DNA of 64,000 nucleotides from Squalus acanthias (GCA_030390025.1 CM059431.1:137146001-137210000), one strand, 5' to 3'; counted from the stretch's first letter, positions 46,796 through 59,519 are shown. A program made the numbers and translations. Notes: generated from the sequence alone by a model not told the origin.

Positions 46796-49650
46796 GGGCT
46801 ACGTCATAGAAGCATAGAATCATTCAACACAGACGGTCCATCGAGCCTGTCCCAGAACTGTAAAAGAGCAATCGAATTAGTCCCACTCCCCGCTCTCTCC
46901 CCTGAGCCCTACAATTTTCTCTCCTTTTATTATTTAGCCAATTCCCTTTTAAAAGGTAGTATTGCATTTTCTTCTACCACTCTTTCAGGCATTACATTCC
47001 AGAAACCTAATAACTCGATGCCGAAAATAATCTCCTCATCTCTTTTGCCAATTACATTAAATCTGTGTTGTCTTTATGCCGACCCTTCTGTCGGTAGCTA
47101 AAGTTTCTCCTTATTTATTCTATGAAAATAGCGAAACGTTTCATGATTTTGAACGCCTCTTTTAAATCTCGTCTTAACCTTCTCTGATTTAAGAGAACAA
47201 TTCCATCTTCTCTAGTCTCTGCATGTAGCTGAAGCCCCTCATTTCTCTTACCTTTCCAGTAAATCTCCTCTGCACCCTCTGCAAGACCTTTACAGCCTTC
47301 CTAAAGTGTGGCACCCAAAATTGAACACAATGCTCCAGCTGCGACCTAGCCAGTGTTTGGTAAAGGTTTAGCAGAACTTCCTTGCTTTGCACTCTCTGGG
47401 CACAACTGTGGCAGATGGAGATCAGTTTGGGAAAGTGTGAGGTCATTCTCGTTGTACCTAAAAAGGAAAGATCAGATACATTTTGAAGTTAGGAACTGTG
47501 GATGAGCAGAGAGAATTAGGGGTCCAAGTACAGAAATCACTAGAAGCTGGTGGACAGGCACCAAAAATAAGTAAAATTCTAATGGAATGTTGGCCATTAT
47601 CTCGAAGGCTGGAATACAACGCGGTAGAAGTTCTGTTCCAGCTGTACAGAGCTCTGGTTAGACCCATTTACAGAACTGTGTTTAGTTCTGGGCACCGCAC
47701 CTCGGTAACAATATCTTCGCTTTGGAGGTAGTACAGCTCAGATTCGCCAGCACGATACCAGTGCTAAAAGCTTTAATCTATGTGGATAGATTGCATAGAC
47801 GAAGCTTTTATTCCCTTGATTTTACAAGATTAAGGTGCGATCTAATTGATCAGTTTAAGATGGTCAAAGGATTTGCCAGGATAGAAAGAGTTAAACCATG
47901 TCCTTTGGTGGACGTGTACAGCAAAAGGGGGCACAACATTAACCGCAGAGTTAGGCCGTTCAGGGGTGATGTTAGAAAGCATTTCTTCAGAAACAGTGTA
48001 ATGGAAATCTGGAACACTCGCCTTCAACAATCTGTTGAGGCTCGGTCAATTGAAAATTACAAAACTGTGATTGATAGATTTTTGTTAGGCAATGGTATTT
48101 AGGCTTATGGTACAAAGGCGGGTAGATGGAGTTGAAATACAGCTCAGCCATGTGCGAATTGAATGGAGGAACAAGCTCGAAGGAATGAGTGGCCTACTCC
48201 TGTTCCTATGTTCCTATTGTCCTATGCCTCTATTTATAAAGCCAATGGTCACGTATTCTTTTCTAAAAGCCTTAACGTCCTGTCCTGCCACTTTCAAAGA
48301 TTTCTGTATGTGTACCACACGTTTTTCTGTTCCTGCAACCCCTTAAAATTGTACCAGTTAGTTTATATTGCATCGCCTCATTCTTCCTTCCAAAATGCAT
48401 CACTTAACACTTCTCTGCTTTAAATTTCACCTGCCATGTGTCTGTCCATTTCACCAGACGGTCTATTTCCTCCTGAAATCTGCTATCCTCCTCACGGTTT
48501 ACGACTTTTCCGAGATTCGTCTCATCTACAAACCTTTAAGTTATGCCCTGTATACTCAAATCCAGATCAGAAAGAGCAGTGGTCCTAATAACGACCCCTG
48601 GGGAAACCATTGTATACTTCCCTCCAGTGAAAAAAATATCGGCTCACAACTACTGTCTGTTTTCTGTCCTTTCACCAATTTAGTCTCCACGCTGCCTCTT
48701 CTCCTTTAATATCATTGGCTTCAATTTTGTTAACCAGTCTATTATTAGGTAGTATATCAATCGCCTTCTGAAAGTCAATATACAGAACATCAACTGCACT
48801 ACCTTCATTAACCCTCTCCTATTTCATCCATTAGCTCATTCAAGTCAGCCAGATTTGAATTGCCTTTAAAAATTCATTTTGGCTGTCGCTAATTAACCCA
48901 TGTTCTTCCAAGTGACAGTGAATTTTGATTCGGATTTTTTAACCTAGAAGCTCCCTCAATACCGATGTTAAGCTGAGTCGCCTGTAGTTATTTGGTTCAT
49001 CACTCTCTCCTTTTTTGAAGAGCGAAGTAATGTTTGCAACCCTCCAGTCCTCTGGCACCTTTCCCATATCCAAGGATTGGAAGGTTGTGGCAGAGTAGGT
49101 GACATTTCTACTTTGAGCCCTATTAGCCGTTTTAGTACATCGTCCCCTATTTATATCCTCTCCCATTTCTGTACCACCTCCTCCTTTACTGTACGATTGG
49201 CAGCATCCTCTCCTTTAGTGAATACGGATAAAAGTGTTAATTTAGTAGCTCAGCCATGTCCTCTGCTTCAACAGGATGATTGCCTTTTTGGTCCCAAACT
49301 AACCCCACGTTTCCTTGGACTTTTCTTTCAAGCTTTATATGTTTATAAAAGGGGTTAGTGTTCCCTATTATGTTAACGCTAATCAATTCTCATACATTCT
49401 CCTTGCCCCTCTGCTGTTGCTGTTGTGTGTTTATTACACCAGTGGCAGCATTAGTGAAACAGCAAAGTACTGAATTTTACAAAGTCTCAAACTGTTTATA
49501 AATGAACTTAATCGCCTTTACATTTCCACAGTGGGGAAAGGAAAGGCCGCTAATTGATAGTTTCAATTGATGCACGTGCGCGGGCACACAGGCAGATGGA
49601 GAATTATGATTGTAAAACAGCAGTCAAATCTACCACTTGTATATTCATGG
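46685..49650. repeat. Segmental duplication block B, copy 2 (minus-strand CR1 with nested plus-strand CR1 at about 47395-48220)
   Basis: Collinear with 35455-38575. Confidence 0.85.
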
Positions 49651-49769
49651 TGCTTTCTGAGATGCCAGAGTTACCAGCTGCTGCACTGATGCGGGAGGAG
49701 GGAGTTGATATCAGGTTTAACAAGGCAACGTTCTCCTTTTCATTTTAATATTTCCCTCTAACACTTCTA

Positions 49770-52700
49770 TTATCAATCCTCACAGGGGATTTTGCTAGTG
49801 CTGTTGGGAAGGATTTAAACTAGTTTGTCAGGGGGCTGGGAACTAAGTGTGTTCCCTGAATGGAGAGAAACAAAGCTGGAAGTGCAAGTTAGAAAAGTAG
49901 TCAGCAAAACTAGTAGGGAGTACAAACAAAGGCCAACAGTATAGTGGGTCAAAGTGCAAAAAAAATGTAAACAGGAAAAGTTGAAGGCACTATATCTAAA
50001 TGCACGTAGCATTCGCAACAAGGTGGATGAATTAATGGCACCAAGAGAGGTAAATGGGCATGATGTAATTGCCATTACAGAGACATTGTTGCAGGGTAAA
50101 CAAAGCTGGGAACTGAATGTTACAGGGCACTTAACATTTAGGAAGGACAGACAAAAAGGAAAAGGAGGTGGCATATCGCTGTTAGTAAGGGGTGTGATCG
50201 GTACGGTAGAGATAAACGATCTTGGCTTGGCAGATAGTGATGTAGAACTGGAATCAGTTTGGGTGGAGCTAAGAAACAGCAAAGGGTGGAAAACATTGGT
50301 GGGAGTTGTGTATAGGTCACCAAACAGTAATGGTAATTTAGGGCACAGTATCAATCAAGAGATTCGACGTGCATGCAACAAGGGCAATACGGTAATCATG
50401 GGGGACTTTAATCTACATATTGGACTGGGAAACTCAAATTACCACGAATGGTGTGGAGGTCGATTTCTTGGAAGCATGCGAGATTGTTTCCTGGATCAGT
50501 ATGTGGAGGAACCAACCAGGGAACAGGCTATTCTGGATCTGGTACTGTGTAATGAGAAAGGGATAATCAATAATCTTGTGGTAAAGGAGCCTTTAGGGAC
50601 AAGTGACCATAATATGATTGAATTTTACATTAAGTTTGAGAGTGATGTAGTTCAATCTGAATCTAAGGTCTTCAATCTAAACAGAGGAAAAAACAAGGGT
50701 ATGAGAGACATGTTGACCATGGTAGACTGGGAGACTACACGAAAAGTTATGAAGGTGGACATAACATTCAAGGAAATAATGCATAATTTGCAACAAACAT
50801 ATATTCCACTAGGGCATAAAAACCCAAAAGGAAAAGTGATCCAATCATGGCATCAAAAGAAATTAAAGCTAGTATTAAGTGAAAGGAGAAAGCTTATAAA
50901 TTTGCCAGAAAAAGCAGTCAGCCTGAGAATTGGGTTATTTTTAGAAATCAGCAAGAAATTGATAAAGAAAGGGGAAATGGAATATGAGCACAAACTGGCG
51001 AAAAATATTAAAACGGATTGTAAAAGCTCCGATAGGTATGTGAAAAGGAATGTAGGTCTATTACAGTCAGAGACGGGAGAATTTATAATGGGGAATGAGG
51101 AAATAGCAAGAGAAATTAAAGAAATGCTTTGTTTCTGTCTTCACGGAGCAAGACACAAAAAATCTCCCAGAAATACGAGAAAACCAAGGGTGTGACGAGA
51201 ATGAGGAACTTAAAGAAATTGTTATTAGTAAAAAATCAGTACTAGCAAAATTAATGGGACTAAAAGTCGACAAATCCCAAGGACCAATGACGTACATCCT
51301 AGGTTTTGAAAGCGGTGGCCATTGGAATAGTGGACGCTTTGGTTGTTAGCTTCCAAAAATCTGGAACGTTTCCTGCAGATTGGAGGGAAGCAAATGTAAC
51401 CCCGCTATTTAAGAAAGGAGGGAGAGAGAAAACGGGGACCTACAGACCTGTTAGCCTTACATCAGTAGTTCGGAAAATGCTGGAATCAATTATAAAGGAT
51501 GCATAAACTGGGCTCTTAGAAACTAATATTAAGATTGGGCAAAGTCAACATGGATTTATGAAAGGGGTATCCTGTTTGACAAAACTATTGGAGTTTTTTG
51601 AGGATGTAACTAGTGGAGTAGACAAAGGGGAACTGGTAGATGTGGTGTATCTGGATTTTCAGAAGGCCTTCGATAAGGTCCCAAACAAGAGGTTGGTGAA
51701 CAAAATTAGGGCACATGGAATTGGGGGTAATATACTAGCATGGATCGAGAATTGGTTAACAGACAGAAAACAAAGAGTATGGGTTAAACGGGTGTTTTTT
51801 TCAGGATGGCAGGCTGTGACTAGTGGGATACCGCAAGGACCGATGCTTGGGACCCAGCTATTCACAATATATATCAATGATTTGGATGAGGGGACAAAAT
51901 GTAACATTTCCAAATTTGCTGATGATACAAAGCTAAGTGGCAGTGTCAGTTTCGTAGAGGATGTGAAGAGGCTTCAAGGAGATCTCGACAGGCTCAGTAA
52001 GTAGGCGAAAAAATGGCAGATGGAATATAATGTGGATAAATGTGAAGTTATCCACTTGGGCAGAAAAAACAGAAAGGCAGAGTATTTCCTAAATGTTGCA
52101 AAATTGGGGAATGCAGATGCTCAAAGGGACCTGGGTGTCCTTGTACATGAGTCACTGAAAGTGAATGTGCAGGTGCAGCAAGGCAGTAAGAAGACAAATG
52201 GTATGCTGGCCTTCATTACAAGAGGATTTGAATACAGGTGTAAAGAAGTCTTACTCCAATTATATAGGGCGTTGGTGAGACCACAAATGGAGTACTGTGT
52301 TCAATTTTGGTCACCTTACCTAAGGAAGGATATATTTGCCATAGAGAGAGGGCAACGAAGGTTCACGAGATTCATTCCTGGGATGAGGGACTGTCGTATG
52401 AGAAGAGATTAAGTAAACTAGGCCTGTATTCTCTTGAATTCAGAAGAATGAGAGGGGATCTCATTGAAGCAAACAAAATTATTACAGGGCTTGATAGGAT
52501 GATGCTGGAAGAATGTTTCCCTTGGCTGGGGAGTCTAGAACCAGGTGTCACAGCCTCAAGATAAAGGGTAGACCATTCAGGACTGAGATGAGAAGAAATT
52601 TCTTCACACAGAGGGTGGTGAATCTTTGGAATTCTCTATCCCAGAGGAGTGTTGAGGCTCAATCATTGGGTATATTCAAAACAGAAGTCGATAGATTTCT

Positions 52701-52848
52701 GACTAGTAAGGGCATCAAGGGATATGGCGATAGGGCCCGTGAATGGACCTGAGGCAGGAGATCAGCCATGATCTCATTGAATAGCGGAGCTAGCTCGAAG
52801 GGCCGAATGGCCTACTCCTGCTCCTAAGTCTTATATTATTATGTTCTT
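49770..52848 (+). mobile_element. CR1 with near-full but frameshifted ORF2 and 3' tail
   Basis: ORF pieces 49954-51195 (EN), 51558-52004 (RT, KFADDTK) and 52020-52752. Confidence 0.93.
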
Positions 52849-52872
52849 ATTAATATTATATTTATTACACAG

Positions 52873-52940
52873 CCTCAGAATCTGGGGTCCAAACAGGGGA
52901 GAAGATCCAACATCTTCAACAAGAATGAGAATGGACACAG
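52873..52940 (+). CDS. NLR gene exon (..GPNRGEDPTSSTRMRMDT), in-frame ATGs at 52925 and 52931, phase-1 end
   Basis: TTACACAG| acceptor and CAG|GTAGGT donor; joins the next exon in frame. Confidence 0.75.
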
Positions 52941-53129
52941 GTAGGTTCAGAAAATACTTTAAAATACAATTTCTGTCCCGACAAAATGTCCAGATCGCGT
53001 GCATGAACCTGCAGCTCACCCAGTTCTAGGGAACAGGACAGGGACTCTGTACAAAGAGGGAAGTGAGGGACCATCTAGAGGCGCAACGCAGTCACAGGTG
53101 ATGGGAGCCCCAGAGTACTGGAACTGTCT

Positions 53130-53720
53130 GGATTGGGGACTATAAGGTGGATAGAGACAGTGACTAAGAGGTCGGTCTTGCTTTGCAGTGGCACCAGAGA
53201 GCAAACGGACATCTCGAGAGGGGCAGGGGTGAGAGGCAGGAAGGACACCGGAATAGGAGAGAGCGATAGTGGTGGGAGATTCTTTCGTCAGCGGAATAGA
53301 CAGACACTTCTGCAGTCCTGAGCATTTCAGGTCTGAATAGTTACCTCCCTGCTGCCAGAGGGAAGAAAATCCTGAATAGGGTGGGACCGTCTGAGGGAAG
53401 AAAATGCGAGCAGAAAATAGCCAGTGACGGAACCAGTAACACGGATAGAAATACGTTTATAGGAGGAATATTAGGACTGAGGCATTAAAATAACAAACAA
53501 GGCCTCAAGCTGGTGATCTCCGGATTGTTTTGCAGTGGGCTGCTTAAGGAGGGTAATATGAGGCCTGTCAATGCGCGGCTGCAGGGCTGGAGCAGCGGGA
53601 AAGGTTCACGTTCTTGGGGCACTAGAGTGAGTTTAGTCGGAAGGGAAGGGACGGCCGCGATCTGAACTGAAAAACAACAATGGTTTTCCAGAATAGGTGA
53701 ATGGAGCAGTGGGAGGGAAT
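53130..53720 (+). mobile_element. Decayed CR1 ORF1 esterase remnant
   Basis: ATAGTGGTGGGAGATTCT (IVVGDS), CTCCCTGCTGCCAG and GTGATCTCCGGATTG motifs. Confidence 0.6.
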
Positions 53721-54437
53721 CAGCTGATATGACTGGAGGTTGGGAAATATCCGAAGCTGAGATTAGAGAGCGGAATGACTAAAACTGTTGAAACAGGAGC
53801 ACTTGGGTAGGGCTTTCAATGATGTTGACCCAGTGATGAGGACCCACGGCGATATATGTCCAAGTCGGGTCGGTGTGTGACTTGGAGGGAAAATGGGAGC
53901 TGATAGTGTTCCCATGCACCTTCTGCCCTTGTCCTCTTGGGTGCTGTGATTTATTAACGATGAGACAGGACTAAGGTTTGAACGGAACCATCCTAGTTAT
54001 AACAATTTGAGGAGAGTGAAACAATATTTGTGAATGCCAGTATTACTAAAGGGTTCTATGTTTGCGCTGGAACACAAGGATGTTCTCTGGAGTTATGTTC
54101 AGATAGATTCTATATGTACACAGTTAAGGAATAGGAAGGGGAATCGCATATTTCTCGGTGGGTTTTGCAGGCTATCGAGCAGTGGAGATGAGTTAGAGTT
54201 GGAGGACAGTGTTGTGAGCAAACTCCTGGAATATGTATTTGAAGGTCGAATCAGTGAATATTTATAGATACAGGGGATGATTGGGGTAGATGGAACGGAT
54301 AAGCTGTCGATATGCCGTGATTGACAATTTTTCACACTGCTTTTAAGAAATGACTGCATAGATTGATGGAATGAAACGCGTGCGGTGTATATGGGTTTTC
54401 AGAAGGTGCTTGATATTGTGGCCATTTGTGTTCACAG

Positions 54438-54604
54438 ATCCGAACTCTACAATCACAGAGTTCTTGACAAAGTGCGACGATTACCAGCTGTTTCAGTTTA
54501 CGAAATTCTACCGGGACAGACTGGAACAGGCGATTGAAGAGGATGTGGAGGGACTCGGTCTCTGGTTAACAGGCGAGGACCATTTCAGTAGGCAAGAGTA
54601 TCAC
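54438..54604 (+). CDS. NLR (NACHT-LRR, NLRC3/NLRP3-like of cartilaginous fish) exon, first half of the N-terminal CARD-like death fold
   Basis: TTCACAG| ... CAC|GTAAGT, 167 nt. DPNSTITEFLTKCDDYQLFQFTKFYRDRLEQAIEEDVEGLGLWLTGEDHFSRQEYH resembles the N-terminus of the expanded shark NLR family. Confidence 0.88.
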
Positions 54605-54734
54605 GTAAGTGAGAGGGACAGAATGAGTTTAGATTATTCTGAAATCACAGAACTGACAGAATCTCCGAACATAGGAACAAAAGGAATTGATAGATGAGAA
54701 TTACACAAGACCGAGGTCTGTGTAATTTATCTCC

Positions 54735-54835
54735 TAAATTCCCCAGCTGCCATGGTGGGATTTGAACTCACGTCTCTGGATCATTAGACCAGGCCTCTGG
54801 ATTACTAGCCCAGTGACATTAGCACTACGCACCCG
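54735..54835 (-). mobile_element. SINE head fragment
   Basis: CCAGCTGCCATGGTGGGATTTGAAC..CTCTGGATTACTAG is the reverse complement of the SINE head at about 17850. Confidence 0.65.
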
Positions 54836-54839
54836 TTAC

Positions 54840-56555
54840 CATTCCACCAAGTCTAATCCCAACCTCCTTATCACTACCCATTACTGTCAATATCCCATTT
54901 AGTTAAATCCCAAACTCCTGCTCACTACCCATTACCGTTAGTATCTCACCGAGTCTAATCCCAATCTCCTGTTCACTACTCATTACCGTTAATATCCCAC
55001 CTAGTCTAATCCCAACCTTCTGCTCACTACCCATTACCGTTAATATCCCACCTAGTCCAATCCCAACCTCCTGCTCATTACCCATTACCGTTAATATCTC
55101 ACCGAGTCTAATCCCAACCTCCTGTTCACTACTCATTGCCGTTAATATCCCACTTAGTCTAATCCCAACCTCCTGCTCACTGCCCATTACCGTTAATATC
55201 CCACCTAGTCTAATCCCAACCTTCTGCTCACTACCCATTACCGTTAATATCCCACCTAGTCTAACCCCATCCTCCTGTTCACTACACATTACCGTTAATA
55301 TCCCACCTAGTCTAATCCCAACCTCCTGCTCATTATCAATTACCGTTAATATCCCACCGAGTCTAATCCCAACCTCCTGCTCACTACACATTACCGTTAA
55401 TATCCCACCTAACTAATCCCAACCTCCTGTTCACTACTCATTACCGTTAATGTCCCACCTAACTAATCACAACCTCCTGCTCACTACGCATTACCGTTAA
55501 TATCCGACCTAGTCTAATCCCAACCTCCTGCTCACTACCCTTTTACCGTTAGTATCTCACCTAGTCTAATCCCAACCTCCTGCTCACTACTCATTACCGT
55601 TAATATTCCAACTAGTCTAATCCCAACCTCTTGCTCACTACCCGTCACCGTTAATATCTCACCTCGTCTAATCTCAACCTCCTGTTCACTACCCATTACC
55701 GTTAATATCTCTCATAGGCTAATCCCAACCTCCTGCTCACTACGCATTACTGTTAATATCCCAGCTCCTCTAATCTCAACCTCTTGTTCACTACCCATTA
55801 CCGTTAATATCCCTCCTAGTCTAATCACCACCTCCTGCTCACTACCCATTACCGTTAATATCACACCTAGTCTAAACCCAACCTCCTGCTCACTACCCAT
55901 TACCGTTAGTATCTCACCTAGTCTAATCCCAACCTCGTGCTCACTTCTCATTACCGTTAATATTCCAACTAGTCTAATCCCAACCTCTTGCTCACTACCC
56001 GTCACCGTTAATATCTCACCTCGTCTAATCTCAACCTCCTGTTCACTACCCATTACCGTTAATATCCCTCCTAGGCTAATCCCAACCTCCTGCTCACTAC
56101 CCATTACTGTTAATATCCCACCTCGTCTAATCTCAACCTCTTGTTTACTACCCATTACCGTTAATATCCTCCTAGTCTAATCCCAACCTCCTGCTCACTA
56201 CTCATTACCATTAGTATCCCACCTAGTCTAATCCCACCTCCTGCTCACTACCCATCAGCGTTAATATCCCACCTAGTCTAAGACCAAACTCCTGCTAACT
56301 ACTCATTACCGTTAATATACCACCGAGTCTAATCTCAACCTTCTGTTCACTACCTATTACAATTAATATCCCACCTCGTGTAATCACAACCTCCTGCTCA
56401 CTACCCATTACTGTTAATATTCCACCTAGTCTAATCCGAACATCCTGTTCACTATGCATTACCGTTGATATCACACCTTGTCTAATCCCAACTCTCTGCT
56501 CACTACCCATCACTGTTAATATCCCACATAATCTAATCTCAACCACCTCTTCACT
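54840..56555. repeat. 51-bp intronic minisatellite, about 33 copies
   Basis: Unit CCCACCTAGTCTAATCCCAACCTCCTGCTCACTACCCATTACCGTTAATAT; 17-aa period in the ORF track. Confidence 0.97.
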
Positions 56556-57009
56556 CCATTAACTCTAACATTCCTTTTTCTCCAAAACAATCGAATGAAA
56601 TTTCAAAGTAGTTTATCGACTTGCTTCCTCAGCAGGTTGTGGGAGTAAATTAAGCATTCTAACCACGATGTACTGAAATAAATGTATCCATCCTCACCCA
56701 TAACACTTCGAATTAGCCCTCTGAACAAACAGTGGAAACAATCTGTAAACATTTATTTCATCATAAGCTTTCAGAAACTGAAGACTTTCATCAACTCCTC
56801 ACCTAATCCATTGAACTCGCATAGCATGAGCCCTAAATTCTCAAATCCCCTCTAACAGGAGTTCCACATCCCAGCGAACCTGCTGAGCAGTTTTTCAAAT
56901 AATTTTATTTCCTTGATATAATTGAGTTTCCAAAATTATACACAACTGGGTAAATTACCTGCCCCTGTGCTCTTGCTGTGGAATGTCACGCCTCCTTTTT
57001 CCTCCAGTT

Positions 57010-57456
57010 AAACATAGAAACATAGAAACATAGAAACATAGAATCTAGGAGCAGGAGTAGGCCATTCGGCCCGTCGAGCCTGCTCCGCCATTCAATACGA
57101 TCATGGCTGATCATCCAAATCCAGTACCCTGTCCCTGCTTTAATCCCCACAGTACACATATCCCACCCTACCCCAGTAACCCCACGTATTTAATTCCCCC
57201 TAACATATCCCATCTTATCCCCATAACCCCACATATTTAATCCCCCCTAACACTAAGGGTCAATTTATCATAGCCAAATCAACCTAACCCACACATTTTT
57301 GGACTGTGGGAGGAAACCGGAGCACCCGGAGGAAACCCACGCAGACACGGGGAGAATGTGCAAACTCCACACAGACAGTCACCCGAGGTCAGATTCGAAC
57401 CCGGGTCTCTGGCGCTGTGAGGCACCAGTGCTAACCACTATGCCACCGTGTTGCCC
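57010..57456 (-). mobile_element. HE1/V-SINE-type SINE, full length
   Basis: Reverse complement of 20469-20898 with an (AAACATAG)n tail. Confidence 0.92.
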
Positions 57457-57479
57457 TCACATTCGGAAGACTGATGCCA

Positions 57480-58222
57480 GCGTCTGCTGACCCCACTACA
57501 AGCTGCGTCTCCTCGTCGCTTGAGGCCATCTCCCTCCCTGGCCACTGCTGGAGACTAAGCCAGGTTGTCTGCAATCTCCGGGTCCAACCTTGAGCTGAAC
57601 TCCCTGCCCCATTTACTCGTCTACACAAAGATCCCCTACTTCTATGCCCGTAACATTGCCCGCCCCTGCCTCGGCCCATCTCCAAACCCGACTGTCCCAA
57701 TGCTCCCCTGGCCGGCCTCCCTCCTTGCACCCTCTCTAATCTTCAGCAACTCCAAAATTCTGCTGTCTGCAACCTGCCCAGGTGTCATTCAGATATCACT
57801 CGTGTGCTCACTCACCTTTCATGGCTCCCGCTCCTCGAATGCCGTCATTTTAAAATTCCCGTGCTGCTCTATAAATAACTTAAGGACCTCAACCCTTCCT
57901 ATCTCTGTAACCCACTCCAGCCCTACAACCTCCCGTGCCACTGGAATTCTCCGTTGCTCTGACTCTTGCCTCTTGTGCACCCAGTCCTTCACACCACCAT
58001 TGGTGGCTGAGCGTCTTAAGCCCCACGCTCAGTAATTCACTCCGTCAACCCCTCCGCCTCTCCACCTCCCTCTGCTCCTTAAACCTTACCTTTCCTCTAG
58101 CTTCTGGCCACATCTGCTAAATTATCCTTCTTTGTCTCTGCTCCATTGTCTGACTCCGCCTCTCTGAAACACCCTGGGACTAATTTCTACTTTAAAAGCC
58201 CAATATACATGTAAGTTGTTGA
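57480..58222 (+). mobile_element. Old L2-clade LINE 3' fragment
   Basis: C-rich ORF2 remnant (CACCTTTCATGGCTCCCG..TTTAAAATTC) ending ATATACATGTAAGTTGTTG. Confidence 0.65.
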
Positions 58223-58912
58223 TGGAAGTCCTGACTATCCATTGGTGGACACGTGCTCCCGGTTATTGAGGTTTCAGACCGGCAGCAATTGTGTAAAAAA
58301 TTGAGTGTCTATCATTTCAATTACCGAGCAAACAAGTGATTGGAGTGATTGGATTTTTCTCATTATTATTATTATTATTGGTCGATTCTACTGACCAATC
58401 AACAGTGGTTGCTTTGATTAGTCGGTCTAATTTCCCGGACAGTTTTCTAGCTGCTTCCCAAACTTTAGATTCACCCCTTCCCTGCCACTGGAGTTCTGAT
58501 TCGCTGCTGTTTTATTTCTAAGCAAATCACAAAGTGTGACAGCAGAAAGTAAGTGTGAGAAACAAGTGAATCATACAGTCAGTTAGGAATCTGATGTCAT
58601 TTTGGACACTTAAGGACAGAGAAAACTAATCCCATTTAAACTATTGCTGATTCTCAATGATTCCTCACTCTCCCAGATCAATATTTCAGCTTTCTATTTA
58701 CATTCTATCTCATTTATTTGCGTTAATGAGTGAATCAAGATGTTTACAGAATATTCAGCCCCTGTTCAGAATGGATCAATACCCGGCCCAGTGATTGCTT
58801 TCTGTGCTAAAAACAACTGAGAGATCCCATCACTGAGCAGATCCTTTCCTTTTCATTCTCAGTGTTTGTCTTTCAATCCGCTCCTCAATATATTAATTAT
58901 TATTCTTTACAG

Positions 58913-59084
58913 AAAGTCACCGAGCTCGTGGAGAAGGGAAGCCGGGCTGACAGTTCCAAACTCCTCCTAAATCTGGTAATGGAGAAAGGCTCTCGAGCCC
59001 GAAGGGCGATTTGGGAATCTTTTGTGAAAAGGCTCCATGGGGTACCAAAGCTGGACAAAATACTAAAAGAAATGCAGGAACTTG
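58913..59084 (+). CDS. NLR exon, second half of the CARD-like death fold
   Basis: TTCTTTACAG| ... TTG|GTACGG, 172 nt, phase 0 to 1. KVTELVEKGSRADSSKLLLNLVMEKGSRARRAIWESFVKRLHGVPKLDKILKEMQEL; the LL.LV..KG..A motif is typical of CARD helices. Confidence 0.88.
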
Positions 59085-59188
59085 GTACGGTAAAATCACA
59101 CACTGAATTCAAATTCAGATTCAAACATTGCAGATTTTACTATAATATTACACAGATCTGATATCATGTAAGTTAATTGTTTAAACAG

Positions 59189-59254
59189 GTTCTGATCCAT
59201 TTGATTACATGAACATCGCACAAGGTTTATCAGAAGTGCATATTAACCTGAAAG
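59189..59254 (+). CDS. NLR linker exon preceding the NACHT exon (outside the window)
   Basis: TTTAAACAG| ... AAG|GTAAGA, 66 nt, phase 1 to 1; GSDPFDYMNIAQGLSEVHINLK. Confidence 0.8.
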
Positions 59255-59519
59255 GTAAGAGATTAAATGGAGAATTATAAACTTTTGTTTCACTTCAGAA
59301 TCAGAATGTTTGACAACAGCCTTTTGTTTAGAGATTTTCAGAATCTGTGAATCAGAGGGTGAAAGGCTGAGGAAACGGGATTGAACGTTATTTGGTTCCG
59401 TGGTTAATCCACACAAGTTCAGCCTAGGTTAATTTTACAATTAACTCCAGTTTTTGAATTATTGCTTAATTTGCAGCTCTTGTATGCTCCAGTTAATCCA
59501 ACTGCTCATCGCCTACTTC

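Noticed and set aside
54903..56546. Repetitive 17-aa-period ORFs (MGSEQEVGIRLGGILTV)
   Set aside because: Translations of the intronic 51-bp minisatellite, antisense to the gene and broken by stops.
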